DNA of 64,000 bases from Patescibacteria group bacterium (GTDB lineage: Bacteria; Patescibacteriota; Minisyncoccia; Phycocordibacterales; SIBU01): NCBI GenBank assembly GCA_040390045.1, contig JAZJZC010000001.1, positions 108,005 to 172,004 of the forward strand. Direction: 5' to 3'. A program made the position numbers and the translations under genes. The notes under the pieces are model-generated. The model worked only from the letters and a program-made list of their open reading frames with translations, was not told the origin of the DNA and made no database searches. The stretch's first letter is position 1, and every line of letters begins with the position of its first letter. Shown in pieces: positions 54,691 to 64,000 of this stretch.

Positions 54691-56547
54691 ATGAAATCGA
54701 AAAGAGTAGTTGAAAAGTCGGAAAACGGCTTGGCCCATCTTGTTGATGGCGTTCTGTGCTTAGCGCTTAGTTCCAAGGTCTTTGCGGACTGTAGGTCACC
54801 GCGGGAAGTTGTTACTGTCGGCACTCCGCCAAATCCGGAGCTTGGTGACATTTCAGTTGTTTGTTTCGGACTTGCGGAGAAACTTAACCGGAAGAAAGAT
54901 GTAAACACCGTGGCTAAACAACTTGCCGCGGCGATTCCGTCGACTTCAAAAATCGCAAAGGTGTCGGCTGCCGGACCTTATGTGAACATAACGTTCGATC
55001 GCGCGGCGGTAAGCGCGCCTGCAGTTACGGCAATACTTGCCGAGAATGAGCGGTACGGGTTCAACAAAACCCTTGCAGGAAAAACATTCATGGTGGAGTA
55101 TCTTTCCCCAAATACCAACAAGCCACTTCACTTAGGACACCTGAGAAATGGCGTAATCGGAACAACCGCAGCTCGGTTGCTCGAAGCGTGCGGCGCAACG
55201 GTGCTCAAGGCGAACAACATCAACGATCGGGGCATTCACATCATCAAGTCAATGCTCACCTACCAGAAATTTGGCAACGGCGAAACTCCCGAATCAACTG
55301 GTGAAAAAGGAGATCATTTCGTCGGTCGGTATTATGTCCGGTTCGAAACGGAACTTCGCCGCCTAAAAGCCGAGTGGCTGAAAGAGAGAGGCCTTACTTG
55401 GGACGTACTCTCGGAAGAGGAGCAAGAAAAAATTAGCGAACTTTTCGAGAAGGAATGTCCGCTCATGGTTGAAGCGCGGGAGATGCTGCGTCTTTGGGAA
55501 TCAGGCGACCCTGCGGTCCTTCCGCTCTGGCGCAGGATGAACCAATGGGTGTTGTCCGGATTCGACCAGTCAAATGCCCGTTTAGGGTACGCGTTTGACA
55601 GGGTCTATTACGAGAGTGAGACCTACCTTCTCGGACGCAGGATTGTTCTGGAACAACTCGAGCGCGGAATCGGCGAGCGCCGCCCCGATCAGGCGGTGGT
55701 CGTTGACCTCAGCAATTCAAAGCTTGGTACAAAACTACTTCTTCGTGCGGACGGAACTTCAGTGTACATGACCCAAGATGTCGGTCTGGCCGTTACGCGA
55801 TTCGAACAAGAAGGACGACTTGATGGCATCATTTATGTGGTGGCCACTGAGCAGGAGCATCATTTCAAGGTCCTCTTCGAATTGTTGAAACGCTACGGTT
55901 ATGATTGGGCGTCGTCGCTATACCACCTTTCATATGGGATGGTGAATCTGCCATCAGGCCGGATGAAGTCTCGTGAAGGAACAGTGGTTGACGCCGATAA
56001 TCTGCTTGATGAACTTGAGCGGTCGGCGGCGCAGAAACTTGGGCGCGACGGTTCGGAGGCTACCAGCAAAGAAGTTCAACGTTCCTCATCGATTATCGCG
56101 ATTGGGGCGCTGAACTACTACTTGGCAGCGGTTACTCCGCGAGCCGACATGTTGTTTGACCCAAGCTCGTCAATCGAGTTTGAGGGCGATACTGGACCGT
56201 ACATCCAGTACTCCTGCGTTCGGATATCGTCAATCATCAATAAAGCGGGAGGACTGCCGGTGGTGCAGTATCCGGACGCACTGACAGATGATGATGCCTT
56301 TGCGCTTGTCAAAGCACTGATTGAGTTTCCGAACGCAGTCAAACAGGCGGCGCAGCAGTTCAATCCCACCATACTCACTGCTGCCCTCTATAAAACGGCA
56401 AAAACATTTTCGTCGTTTTATAGAAATCGGCACGTGCTTCATGATGGTACTGTCAACCAAGATAGGCTTGAACTGTGTCAGGCCACGAAAGTCGTGCTAA
56501 CAAACGGGTTGAAATTGCTTGGCGTCGGGATTCCCGAGCGGATGTAA
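54691..56547 (+). CDS. argS: Arginyl-tRNA synthetase.
   Basis: HIGH-class motif SPNTNKPLHLGHLRN. N-terminal additional domain. C-terminal DALS anticodon-binding region. GC-rich (about 55-60%). Confidence 0.85.
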   Translation: MKSKRVVEKSENGLAHLVDGVLCLALSSKVFADCRSPREVVTVGTPPNPELGDISVVCFGLAEKLNRKKDVNTVAKQLAAAIPSTSKIAKVSAAGPYVNITFDRAAVSAPAVTAILAENERYGFNKTLAGKTFMVEYLSPNTNKPLHLGHLRNGVIGTTAARLLEACGATVLKANNINDRGIHIIKSMLTYQKFGNGETPESTGEKGDHFVGRYYVRFETELRRLKAEWLKERGLTWDVLSEEEQEKISELFEKECPLMVEAREMLRLWESGDPAVLPLWRRMNQWVLSGFDQSNARLGYAFDRVYYESETYLLGRRIVLEQLERGIGERRPDQAVVVDLSNSKLGTKLLLRADGTSVYMTQDVGLAVTRFEQEGRLDGIIYVVATEQEHHFKVLFELLKRYGYDWASSLYHLSYGMVNLPSGRMKSREGTVVDADNLLDELERSAAQKLGRDGSEATSKEVQRSSSIIAIGALNYYLAAVTPRADMLFDPSSSIEFEGDTGPYIQYSCVRISSIINKAGGLPVVQYPDALTDDDAFALVKALIEFPNAVKQAAQQFNPTILTAALYKTAKTFSSFYRNRHVLHDGTVNQDRLELCQATKVVLTNGLKLLGVGIPERM

Positions 56548-56590
56548 TTCGGTATCGCCATTAAATTGTAGTTAACCCAAGGAGAATTTC

Positions 56591-56640
56591 CAAAAGATTT
56601 TCTCCTTTTTTATTGACATCGGTTTTAATATGGTTTATTC
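56591..56640 (+). promoter_or_regulatory. Terminator-promoter module, copy 1.
   Basis: ggagaatttccaaaagattttctcc followed by tttttta, then TTGACA-17-TATTCT. Confidence 0.45.
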
Positions 56641-57355
56641 TCAACTTCAGAAATTGTCAGTAAAAACTCAACCAAAGGAGATAAAAGTGTCGAATTCGAA
56701 TCTCTCGAAAACAGAAGACCACGGTCCTCTCAGTAAGTTTCTCCGGACTTTGCGGTTCAATAAGATAACCGAGGTAACCATTGAGGCCGGACATATCTAT
56801 GCCGACCAGGTACCGGGCCAAGAACAACGGGAGGGCTTTGCGGTAGCGTGTGAGATTTGCAAGCAATTATCTTTGGAGGGTATTACTCCAAGGCGAATCG
56901 TGTTTGTTGATGACTACAACGCCAAAAGAAATGGCTTTTCCGTGGAAGGTTATCTCGAATTTGCCACCGTTTGCGGATTTGCTCCCGACAGTGTTTTTTG
57001 GGAGTCGGAGATGGCCGGACACGCTGAAGTCTTGATTGATAAGCTCATGAAGCAGGGTCAACTGGAGAATGGCGAGGGTCAAAAACTTCTGACTGTGAAG
57101 CAGGGTATCAAGCTTCGTCATTCCGATGGGCGCTATACCTGCGCTGCTCTAGACACAGCCTTTCATCTTGAGCGGTTTCGTCAATTTGGTTACAACGTTA
57201 CGGTGTTACCCAAATGTTCGGAGCATAACCCCGAGCAAGATTATGCCGACCAGCAGCGAAATGTGCGGCGGCTCTTACGAATTCTCGGAAACGATCATTC
57301 GCCGCTCGCGACCGTGTTCTTTGACCCACAGCGCAATCTCAACATTGTGCACTGA
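56630..57355 (+). CDS. Hypothetical protein (241 aa).
   Basis: The ORF has its own promoter module. No motif recognised. Confidence 0.45.
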   Translation: MVYSQLQKLSVKTQPKEIKVSNSNLSKTEDHGPLSKFLRTLRFNKITEVTIEAGHIYADQVPGQEQREGFAVACEICKQLSLEGITPRRIVFVDDYNAKRNGFSVEGYLEFATVCGFAPDSVFWESEMAGHAEVLIDKLMKQGQLENGEGQKLLTVKQGIKLRHSDGRYTCAALDTAFHLERFRQFGYNVTVLPKCSEHNPEQDYADQQRNVRRLLRILGNDHSPLATVFFDPQRNLNIVH

Positions 57356-57363
57356 ATATATTA

Positions 57364-57420
57364 GGAGGAGAATTTCTGAACGATTTTCTCCTTTTTTCTT
57401 GCCAAAATATCTAATGCCAT
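57364..57420 (+). promoter_or_regulatory. Terminator-promoter module, copy 2.
   Basis: ggagaatttctgaacgattttctcc followed by ttttttc, then TTGCCA-17-TATTAT. Confidence 0.45.
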
Positions 57421-57457
57421 TTATTATTCAATTTTTGATGACTCTAGTGCTTCCCCT

Positions 57458-58669
57458 ATGTTGTGGTATGCTTTTAATTCAAGAATTACGATGAAGAAAG
57501 ATATTACAATTGTTTGCAGTAAATGTTTAAAGCCGTCGAAGAAAGGTGTTATTTCCTGCACATGCTCAACGAGCCGGTACTACGATTATGAAACCGTGCT
57601 TTATGACTACAAAAAGGCGGCTGAAAATTTTCCACTCGTCGGTACTCATAACGGTTTAGATAGATTTTTACCGTTGCTTCCCAATGAAAAGTTTTCAATT
57701 ACTTTGGGTGAAGGTAATACTCCCCTGCTTCACTTTCAAAAATTCGGACTGAAATACGGTTTGGCGCGCCTTTTTGTCAAAAACGAAACTGGAAATCCCA
57801 CCGGATGTTTTAAAGACCGAGAAACCGCGGTAGGCATCAATGTTGAAAGTGAGCAAGGCACAAAAAAAATTGAGATTGTTTCATCGGGAAATGCCGCGAT
57901 TTCAGCCGTAGCTTATAGCAATAAGGCCGGTATCGAGTGTCTCTGCCATATACCGGAGACGACTTCTGAAGGTAAAAAGCAGTTGCTTCAGATTTTTGGT
58001 GCAAAGTTTCAATTGCACAAGGGTGACTACGAAAACATTTATCGCAATGTCATTGATTCACATTCGTTGAAAGATACAGTTGTAAATTTTACGGCTGGCA
58101 AATATGTTTATAGGGAAGAAGGTAATAAGACCATTGCTTTTGAAATTTATGAACAGTTAGATGCGGTACCCGATACCGTTGTTGTTCCAATCGGTAACGG
58201 TTCGCTGCTTTTCGCAGTATACAAAGGTTTTTGGGAACTTTTACAGATGAAGAAAATAAAAAAAATTCCGAAGATGATAGGAGTTCAAATTGCCGGATTT
58301 TCACCTGTTGCTGAAGCGTTACGGCAGGGAAAGGATTTTGTCGCCCTACCCAATTCACCCCATTCAATTGCTGAGGGGGGAATTGCCGCCATGGAAAGTT
58401 ATTGTTCTCCGAAAGCGATAAAGGCCATTAAGGAAACGGATGGCGCTGTAATTGAAATTACTGATGCCGATTTGGTCCGTGTACTTAAAGAATTGATAAC
58501 TGAAGAATCCTTTGTTGTTGAGCCAACTTCTCTTGCTCCTTTTGCTGCGTTCTCGCAGATTAAGTCAGAGCCGAACGAAACGATAGTGTGTGTTGCAACC
58601 GGGAATGCTTTTAAAAATCTTGAAGAAATTCTTCGGATGCTTGAGGGGTGGAGTCACGCAAAAAAGTAA
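57458..58669 (+). CDS. Threonine synthase-like PLP enzyme (Trp-synthase-beta fold).
   Basis: NPTGCFKDRE (Lys-PLP motif). N-terminal Cys-rich zinc ribbon. GNGS loop. Confidence 0.65.
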   Translation: MLWYAFNSRITMKKDITIVCSKCLKPSKKGVISCTCSTSRYYDYETVLYDYKKAAENFPLVGTHNGLDRFLPLLPNEKFSITLGEGNTPLLHFQKFGLKYGLARLFVKNETGNPTGCFKDRETAVGINVESEQGTKKIEIVSSGNAAISAVAYSNKAGIECLCHIPETTSEGKKQLLQIFGAKFQLHKGDYENIYRNVIDSHSLKDTVVNFTAGKYVYREEGNKTIAFEIYEQLDAVPDTVVVPIGNGSLLFAVYKGFWELLQMKKIKKIPKMIGVQIAGFSPVAEALRQGKDFVALPNSPHSIAEGGIAAMESYCSPKAIKAIKETDGAVIEITDADLVRVLKELITEESFVVEPTSLAPFAAFSQIKSEPNETIVCVATGNAFKNLEEILRMLEGWSHAKK

Positions 58670-58964
58670 AAATATAATGAAGTTGCTTTTCGTAGACATT
58701 ATTACGGATGACCCGATTTTTCAGGAAAGTGATGAAAAAATGTTGTCCAAATATTGCCGGTGGTTATTTCAGCAGGTAACATTCGGCCTTCGTCCACGGG
58801 ACGGGGGCGATTTTTTTCATATATCTTTTATGTATAATAATGTTGTAATTTAGGGCTACTTTCTTCGTGCTGCCTTTCATTTTCTGACCGTCAAGATTTA
58901 CATTTTTGGTATAAAAAAACCCGGGGCACATTTCTGTAACTCCGGGTGTGATTGCTATCGACAT

Positions 58965-60194
58965 TCAACTTTCGAGCCGTCGCACCAAGATTGTGATGGC
59001 GGATGAACTGTTGCTGGCCTGAAGATCTAGCGGGAGATCCGAAATCTTACCGGTAGTAAACTTCTGACTGAGCCACCATTGCCCTGTGTGCGGGCTGACC
59101 AATGTTAGTAGCGCCACCCCCTGACCCCCCGCTTCTTCAAAGAGGCGCTCAAGCATGAGCTCCCCAATACCGTCACTGAGGTATGATTGATCAACCGCAA
59201 GCGAACTAATCAACGCCTTTTTCTCACTTGGGAAACAGCGCAGACAACCGCAAGCCATAACTCCGTCGTCCTTTACTGCAACACGATAATTCGCGAGCTG
59301 CGCCCCGATCATCTCTTCCGTGTGTTGACGAACATCGCCACGGCTTTCCTGTGTGCCAAGGACATTCAGAATACCGCCAATGTCGGATTCGCGCGCGGAG
59401 CGAATTTCCTGGTAGGGATTCTGGTGAATCATTGTTCCGACGCCATCCTTGGTGAACACTTCACTGAGTAAGCCACCAATGACCTTGCCATTAATGAAGT
59501 GAACGCGCAACACTCCTGTACTGATTACCTGTTCTGCCATTGACGTGAACTCCGCGAACTGTCCCGTAATGACACCGTCCGTTACCAGTTGGCGGACTTC
59601 ACTCGGCTGCGCTTCTCTCAGTAGAGCGCTACCCCTTTGGAAAATACCGTCAACGCACGAGAGGTAGATCAGTTTGTTTGTCGATATTCCTGCGCACAGA
59701 CTGGTCGTGACTCGCAGCAACGAACCAAACCACGATTCATCGGTATTTTCATCTTTCGGTCTTGCAACAATGACCGGCAGTAACCCTTTGGCCAGAATGT
59801 CACCAACCTTGTCCGGAAGCGACTCGGTGCCGATGTCATTCTCCTCCACCTTGAATGCGAAACCCTGTGATTTTGTAACTTCCGGTTTGTTTGAAACCAA
59901 GAAATTGCAGTGGAGCATGTTAAGGGATCGGCACAACTGCGCGGCAAGTGATTGCAGTCGTGCGTACCGAGTTTTCCGTCTTATCCGGTAATCAGACTGG
60001 TCGGAAGAACCGAGCACTAGCACAATACGAATACCGACCGCATGAAGCAGAGTAATGTCCCCTGCTACAGAGAGTATGTCATTACCCTCAAGTACCCTGC
60101 CATCAATTGCGATGACGAAGGTTGAATGTCCGAACCGCGCGACGTAGGTAAGCATCTCGCGAAGCTGGCTCGTCGCCAATTTTCTATCTTTCAT
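58965..60194 (-). CDS. Amino-acid N-acetyltransferase (N-acetylglutamate synthase-like: amino-acid kinase fold plus C-terminal GNAT).
   Basis: The AAK-fold N-terminal half (FVIAIDGRVL...VLVLGSS) and a GNAT-like C-terminal half. Start taken at MKDRKL, which removes the overlap with argE. Confidence 0.5.
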   Translation of the reverse strand: MKDRKLATSQLREMLTYVARFGHSTFVIAIDGRVLEGNDILSVAGDITLLHAVGIRIVLVLGSSDQSDYRIRRKTRYARLQSLAAQLCRSLNMLHCNFLVSNKPEVTKSQGFAFKVEENDIGTESLPDKVGDILAKGLLPVIVARPKDENTDESWFGSLLRVTTSLCAGISTNKLIYLSCVDGIFQRGSALLREAQPSEVRQLVTDGVITGQFAEFTSMAEQVISTGVLRVHFINGKVIGGLLSEVFTKDGVGTMIHQNPYQEIRSARESDIGGILNVLGTQESRGDVRQHTEEMIGAQLANYRVAVKDDGVMACGCLRCFPSEKKALISSLAVDQSYLSDGIGELMLERLFEEAGGQGVALLTLVSPHTGQWWLSQKFTTGKISDLPLDLQASNSSSAITILVRRLES

Positions 60195-60216
60195 AATGAA
60201 TCCTTTCCTTTTGGTT

Positions 60217-61374
60217 TCAGAGACACATCTTTTGTGCAATCTGCCTGAACTTGGTAACGGCAGACTCTAGTTGCTCAGTTTTGACAAACTCATTCGGTTT
60301 GTGCGCTTGCGCGATGTCGCCAGGTCCCAAGATGAGACAGTCGGTACCCATTAGTTGGAGAACTGACGCGTCTGTGCCGTATGGTACTCCTCGCGCCTTG
60401 ATACCTGTCACCTGTTCCGCCACGGTCACGATTAATGAATTCGCATCCGTGGTTACCGGTTCAGTAGGACAACGCATGAGGCGAAGCGAAACGAGGGGTT
60501 GCCCTCCGTGCTCCCCAATACTTCGCATTCGGGCCACGAGGTCTTGAATCATCAAATCCGATGTCTGCCCTTTGATGGGGCGGATATCAAACTCGATTGC
60601 GCATTCCTCGGCAATCACATTGGCTTTTGTACCGCCTTTGATCACCCCGATGTTTAATGTCGCGCAAGGAGGATCATATTCCTCGTTTTCCTGCATCGCT
60701 AGTTCACCAGCAAATGCGCGTAACTTTTCAATAACCCCTGCTGCGATCTCAATAGCGTTGATACCGCTTTGGGGGTCACTCGCATGACCACTGACTCCGC
60801 GACATAGGGCGCGCAAGTAAATGTGTCCCTTGTGCATACGCATCGGTCGCATTAAAGTTGGTTCACCAACCAACGCGTATCGAGGTCGAATCAATTTGGA
60901 TTCGACGAGATGTTTGGCTCCAAGCAGGCCAACCTCTTCGTCATACGTGAGCCCGAGAATCAGTTCCCGTTTGAAGCTTCCCGCTTTCGACAAAAGGGGC
61001 GCGATTGCACAGATCATTGCTGCAATTGAACCTTTCATGTCGACCGAGCCGCGTCCAAACAGCAATCCTCGCCTTTTCTCCTCAGTCAGCTGAAATGGCG
61101 GATAATCCCAGTGATTGCTGGAACCCACGGGGACTGTATCTGTGTGGGCGGAAAACATAAACGATTCCACGTCTCGCGGGCCGGCGCGGGCGATTATGTT
61201 TGCCTTCTCCAGTGTTCCATGCTCAAAGGTTCTCTGTTGGATTTCCACCTCAAAACCGATATCGACTAACAAAGGGTGGAGAAATTTCACCAACGGCAAA
61301 TTGCTATTGGTTGAAACGGTATCGAACGAAACCATCCTGCTCGTTAGCTCTTTTACATCAAGTATTGTGCTCAT
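60217..61374 (-). CDS. argE: Acetylornithine deacetylase / M20 family metallopeptidase.
   Basis: HTDTVPVG, GRGSVDMKGSIAAMICA and the ArgE/DapE-family layout. Confidence 0.7.
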   Translation of the reverse strand: MSTILDVKELTSRMVSFDTVSTNSNLPLVKFLHPLLVDIGFEVEIQQRTFEHGTLEKANIIARAGPRDVESFMFSAHTDTVPVGSSNHWDYPPFQLTEEKRRGLLFGRGSVDMKGSIAAMICAIAPLLSKAGSFKRELILGLTYDEEVGLLGAKHLVESKLIRPRYALVGEPTLMRPMRMHKGHIYLRALCRGVSGHASDPQSGINAIEIAAGVIEKLRAFAGELAMQENEEYDPPCATLNIGVIKGGTKANVIAEECAIEFDIRPIKGQTSDLMIQDLVARMRSIGEHGGQPLVSLRLMRCPTEPVTTDANSLIVTVAEQVTGIKARGVPYGTDASVLQLMGTDCLILGPGDIAQAHKPNEFVKTEQLESAVTKFRQIAQKMCL

Positions 61375-61745
61375 TTTTTCCTCTCTTTCGTATCTGGGAT
61401 TTGTTATTGTGTGTTCAATTTACAGCCTTATTGAGCCCCACCAAGGGCAGTACTGTCCTTAAAACAGTCGTTTTCAAAGGTCTATATATGAAACTAATTC
61501 CACCCTATCACAAATTTTGAGGCTTTGTCCAGAATCAGTACCCCGAGTTCAACAACCGATTTGCAACGCATGACTTAATGACAAAGGAACAGATTATCAA
61601 CCGCATCAAAAACGACGGAGTATCGATCATTCAAGCTGCGCAAGACTACAGGGTATCGGAAAATTCGCAATCGCATATCCATATGCGAAAAACAAAAAAA
61701 CATCCCGATCGGGATGTTTTTTTGTTTAAACTATTTCTGCGAAAT

Positions 61746-62273
61746 CTAGAACTTAATATTTGCCGGAACAGTGAGCAACTTGGCGTCCATCAACCAATCG
61801 TGACAATCCCAACTGACATTGTCTGGATTGGTACCATATACCGCTCCACTGGTAAGATCGCTTGGAATAACTTCAGGAAGTTCTGCCACTGAAGTGATGC
61901 TTAATTTCTTGCCAGTCACCGCGCCTTCTTTCCAAGAATAGAGAAGTCCCCCACTGTAGATCATGAGATTTGCAGTGCTTGTGGTAGCAGTGATCGTTCG
62001 AAACTCTCCTCGCATTTTTCCATCTGCAATGTAAACCACACTGGTGCTTCGACTGGTTGGGTTAACCTGTTCATAGGAGCACTGATGATTTCCTGATTGC
62101 GCAAAAATACTTCTAAATGTCGTCGTATTTTTTACCGGTGTGACATTTGTTTGAGTGTTAGTGCTACTTGTTTCTGCTGGCACACTTGGCATAGTTGACG
62201 ATGAAAAATACCAAATACCGAGTATTGCCAAAATTGCGACAACGACGATTCCAATTATTATGTTGCGATTCAT
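61746..62273 (-). CDS. Secreted or membrane-anchored hypothetical protein.
   Basis: N-terminal TM/signal segment MNRNIIIGIVVVAILAILGIWYF, then a Ser/Thr-rich linker and a beta-rich domain. Confidence 0.45.
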   Translation of the reverse strand: MNRNIIIGIVVVAILAILGIWYFSSSTMPSVPAETSSTNTQTNVTPVKNTTTFRSIFAQSGNHQCSYEQVNPTSRSTSVVYIADGKMRGEFRTITATTSTANLMIYSGGLLYSWKEGAVTGKKLSITSVAELPEVIPSDLTSGAVYGTNPDNVSWDCHDWLMDAKLLTVPANIKF

Positions 62274-62464
62274 GTGTAATATAAATTAAATTTTTAATGT
62301 AGGAAATTAAATTCGTCGACCTTTTAAGTCCGTGATAATTATATCACGTTAGGTTTGAAACACTTTATTTTGTAATACATAACAGCTTTTGCCGTCACTA
62401 GTCAGCAAGCAATATAATTGTTTATAATACTATCGTAGCTTATTTACTAATTAACAACAAAAAT

Positions 62465-62887
62465 ATGGCAAAAGTTAATCCGTTTATTAGATTCAACGAC
62501 AAGAAGTGCCGCGAAGCAATGACTTTTTACAAAGACTGTCTCGGTGGTGAACTTGAATTTATGACCGCCAAAGGCACGCCGATGGAAAAAGACATGGACG
62601 CTGACAAGCTCGACCTAGTCATGCACTCAACTTTGAAGAAGGGCGACTGGGTGCTCATTGGTTCAGACATGATGCGAGATAAAGCGAAAAGTGGCGACCA
62701 AGTCGGTATTTCCCTTGATTGTGAAAGTGCCAAAGAAATCAAAACAATTTTCGACAAACTTGCAAAAGGCGGAGACGTCTTCATGCCGCTTGAAGATCAA
62801 TTTTGGGGCGCGACCTTTGGTCTCGTTACTGACAAATACGGTGTCGAGTGGATGCTGAACTTCCAAAAAGCTCCGATGAAAAAATAA
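62465..62887 (+). CDS. VOC / PhnB-like glyoxalase-fold protein.
   Basis: FIRFNDKKCREAMTFYKDCLGGELEF resembles the PhnB N-terminus. Confidence 0.55.
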   Translation: MAKVNPFIRFNDKKCREAMTFYKDCLGGELEFMTAKGTPMEKDMDADKLDLVMHSTLKKGDWVLIGSDMMRDKAKSGDQVGISLDCESAKEIKTIFDKLAKGGDVFMPLEDQFWGATFGLVTDKYGVEWMLNFQKAPMKK

Positions 62888-62902
62888 AGAGTCGCAACAA
62901 AA

Positions 62903-62940
62903 AACCGCCGCGCGAAAATTCACGCGGCGGTTTTTGTTTT
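62903..62940 (+). terminator. Rho-independent terminator.
   Basis: ccgccgcg-cgaaaattca-cgcggcgg followed by ttttt. Confidence 0.65.
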
Positions 62941-63022
62941 CAAAAAAATTGACGCATGCTACTTAGGCGTGCTATTTTGATTTTTAGAAAATCACAGTTT
63001 TGACAATCAAACTCGGTACACC

Positions 63023-64000
63023 ATGAGTGACAATACAAACCGCCTCGAGGAGGCTTTGCGCCTTTGGGAAACGCACGCCTTCCTTTTTGGAAGAACGTTG
63101 TGCTCCAGAAACAAAGGACAGGAATTGCCCGAGACCCGTGATGGCGTTTTCGCACATTATCAGGAGTTTAGGCAATTCTTGCTTTCGCGGAATCAAACCT
63201 TCCGGCCTGATAAATTTTTTCACCCGAATCAAAAAACAATGGAGGAGAACATCGCTATCGGAGGGAACCTCCTCCTGCCGCTCGAACTCCATCAATGGTC
63301 TTGCAGATCGCGAAGAATTTATAGTGTAACTTCCGAGTTGCAACAATTCCTCGAAACTACCTCGACGAAACACATCACTTGGAATGATGTAACACTTCCA
63401 TTTGATTCGTTCGGTATCGCCCTCTCCATTCCCTTGAAATCATTTAATCGAGGTGAATCTGGAGTGAGGACGGTCACATCAAACTGCGACTTCATTCTCG
63501 TCACACGTCAGAGCATACCTGAAAAAAGATTTACCCTCTTGATCCGGCAAATTGCAATCGATCCCAACTATGTACACCCCGCTAAAGGCCTGCGCCAACA
63601 TATTGATGAGTTATTACAAAGTGGAAAATATTCGAAAGCTTCGACCATCTTAGAGGAACGAATAGCCACAATAAGGGCTTCGAGCGGTTACATGAGTCTT
63701 TTGCGACTTAACCTTTCGGAAGAAGAATTTAATTCCCCTCTCAGTCTTGTTCTTGACAGTGACCCGATGGTTTTGGCGCACCCGCTTGCATCGTCGGAAG
63801 CAAAAGAATACGGCGAGACTGAAATTCAAAGTGTGGCTCGTTTGAGCATCAGAATTGTGGTGGGGCTTTGTCTGTACCTCGAATCCCTCGGGACCAAAAG
63901 TAAGGGTAAAGGAAAACTAGCTGAACCCATTTGGGAGCGGCAGACTTCAACCGATCCGCGCACGCTGGTTTCCGAGTCGCAGGTTCTTACCGTCACTGGT
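63023..64000 (+). CDS. Hypothetical protein, 3'-partial; it runs off the window end and is not in the supplied ORF track.
   Basis: ATG at 63023 followed by 325 sense codons with no stop to position 64000, checked codon by codon. GC-rich. No motif recognised. Confidence 0.5.
   Translation, partial: MSDNTNRLEEALRLWETHAFLFGRTLCSRNKGQELPETRDGVFAHYQEFRQFLLSRNQTFRPDKFFHPNQKTMEENIAIGGNLLLPLELHQWSCRSRRIYSVTSELQQFLETTSTKHITWNDVTLPFDSFGIALSIPLKSFNRGESGVRTVTSNCDFILVTRQSIPEKRFTLLIRQIAIDPNYVHPAKGLRQHIDELLQSGKYSKASTILEERIATIRASSGYMSLLRLNLSEEEFNSPLSLVLDSDPMVLAHPLASSEAKEYGETEIQSVARLSIRIVVGLCLYLESLGTKSKGKGKLAEPIWERQTSTDPRTLVSESQVLTVTG

Overview
This 64-kb window is a mosaic of low-GC sequence (about 37-40% on the lines I counted) and GC-rich patches (about 48-60%). 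Gene content and small protein sizes suggest a reduced-genome bacterium, possibly CPR/Patescibacteria-like; that is inference only.

Core genes are well supported by motifs. They are gyrA, rpsA, pth, the mreB-mreC-mreD-mrdA cluster plus a second mreB paralog, proS (short form), rseP, frr, a holB-like gene, murA, priA, def-fmt, hpf, argS, a thrC-like gene and an argA-like/argE pair.

Three areas look accessory:
- 2.4-10.2 kb is a cell-surface locus. It holds a secreted 16-aa tandem-repeat protein, a divergent Cys-rich secreted protein, a solute-binding-like lipoprotein, and seven consecutive paralogs sharing a two-helix hairpin domain that looks like TrbC/VirB2 pilin. A methyltransferase, GT2, epimerase and polytopic membrane protein cluster sits next to it.
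- About 42.1-49.2 kb is an integrated element at the 3' end of tRNA-Asn. It carries a large serine recombinase, a restriction-modification pair, an Xis-like HTH, a frameshifted Rep-like gene with nearby DnaA boxes, and an unusual AbiEii nucleotidyltransferase fused to a WYL domain and a Zn-ribbon.
- 49.2-53.0 kb is a same-strand run of eight unknown small genes.

The intergenic space holds several dispersed repeat families that I could not assign to any known class:
- inverted heptad-repeat arms (CAYGGAA type and AGGGTNN type) around AT-rich cores;
- TACGAAAAT clusters;
- TACATT...CACGGCCGTG...AATGTAGGTGG palindromes flanking a PaaX-like regulator;
- four perfect 22-bp palindromes around a TrpR/YerC-like regulator and two pepE paralogs.

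The ORF track appears to take the most upstream start, including GTG/TTG written as M. It omits one open ORF that runs off the 3' end (63023..64000).
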